NCBI GenBank assembly: GCA_023920165.1
Contig: CP089280.1
Span: 1,116,001 to 1,180,000 of the forward strand
Origin: Curvularia clavata
Lineage: Eukaryota
DNA: 64,000 bases
Reading direction: 5' to 3'
Shown: in pieces, positions 62,983-64,000 of the stretch
How the letters are laid out: every line of letters begins with the position of its first letter
How positions within the stretch are numbered: the stretch's first letter is position 1
Program-made: the position numbers and the translations under genes
The notes under the pieces: generated by a model
What the model was told of the DNA's origin: nothing
Databases searched by the model: none
What the model saw: the letters and a program-made list of their open reading frames with translations, nothing else

Positions 62983-63392
62983 AGAAGCATTTCTTTTCCT
63001 GTTTGCATTTGGGATGGCGCTTGAGCATTTCCATGGTTGCATAGGTCCATAGCGTTATGAATGACAATATCAAATGGGTTGATGAACGACTCTGTAATGG
63101 TGTTTTGCTTCTTTGGACCCTGGATGAGGTCTTGGCGGAGATGAAGATTCTTATCTTATCGGTGCGGGCAGCGGATTTCCTAGCAGGTGGTGGACTGTGC
63201 ACGTACCCGTCGAAAAAGTGAATGGCAAACTTTCTGGTCATCGACCGCCGCACACGTCTTTCTCTTGTTCCAAACCGCCTTCTTCATTGAGGCGCATAAC
63301 TCCGGATTTTCTATTCTTGTTTGTTTCATACATTCTAGATACCCGTACCATTCGTTTGGACTGCGTGCCGTTCCCACACACACCCACACACC

Positions 63393-64000
63393 ATGTTCGG
63401 CGCTGTAAGAAGATGCCCGTCGACCCTCTCGAGGAGTCTGGCAGCAATTTCAACCAGGACACTTCGCACCCCCCTCACACAGACTCCTGGCCTTCTCAGG
63501 ATACCGCTCCAGTCGTCGCGCCTCGCTAATGTCTCCGCCGCTGGCTTCCATCACAGCACAAAGTGGCAACAAATTGCAGCACAAGAGGCAGAGGAGAGTG
63601 TAGAGCAAGACGGGCCTGTTACAGAGTTCAAGGATCTTGCCACACGAGGACTTGTTCATCCCAATATTGTCAATACCATCACAAAGCAGATGAAACTCAC
63701 GACAATGACCGATGTTCAGACTAGAACCATAAACGAGGCTTTGAGCGGAGTAGACATGTAAGAAATCTTTCCCTACAACTGAAATAACCACCGACTGACA
63801 TTTCATAGCATTGCGCAAGCGAAGACCGGTACCGGCAAAACCCTCGGTTTCCTCATCCCCATCATACAGCGAATCATCCAAAACGACCCCAAACTTGGTG
63901 AGAAGGTTAGAGGTTACAAGCGCGCCAGGCCAGACGACATTAGGGCAATTGTCATCTCGCCCACTCGAGAACTTGCCGAACAAATTGCGGTTGAGGCAAG
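63393..64000 (+). CDS. MSS116: Mitochondrial DEAD-box RNA helicase MSS116/CYT-19-like (5' part; truncated by the window end)
   Basis: Exons 63393-63757 and 63809->64000. Arg/Ser-rich presequence-like N-terminus, Q motif MTDVQ, motif [11 protein letters not shown], motif Ia [10 protein letters not shown]. Confidence 0.85.

Noticed and set aside
1..64000. CRISPR arrays, rRNA/tRNA genes, intact mobile elements
   Set aside because: None seen by eye; the sequence is gene-dense fungal euchromatin. tRNAscan-SE, Infernal and RepeatMasker would be needed to exclude small elements.

Overview
Eukaryotic fungal DNA: short GT-AG introns with CTRAC/CTAAC branch points, and gene content typical of a filamentous ascomycete, most likely Dothideomycetes/Pleosporales. 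Positions 1-19,325 form an iron-repressed extracellular hydroxamate (coprogen/fusarinine-type) siderophore cluster. It contains an NPS6/SidD-type NRPS (A-T-C-T-T-C, running off the left edge just before its stop), a divergent GNAT acetyltransferase, an ABCB exporter, an intact but catalytically degenerate SidA-like ornithine monooxygenase homologue ending in a PTS1-like ARM, a SidF acyltransferase (PTS1 AKL) and a SidI CoA ligase (PTS2-like). Nine perfect ATCWGATAA SreA/Sre1 boxes lie in its intergenic regions. The rest is mostly housekeeping: an orphan ORF, HOL1-like MFS, PTH11-like membrane protein, glucose-6-phosphate 1-epimerase, IKS1 kinase, Ppc89/Cep57-like spindle pole body protein, choline sulfatase, RAD6/UBC2 (with a GC-AG intron), kinesin-1 heavy chain (with micro-exons), PLC-like phosphodiesterase, ATG12, DBF4, a conserved hypothetical and a truncated MSS116/CYT-19 helicase. 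The most interesting candidate is the peroxisome-tagged SidA pseudo-enzyme, which shares a divergent promoter with sidF. Exon boundaries were read by eye and checked for frame; no database searches were run.
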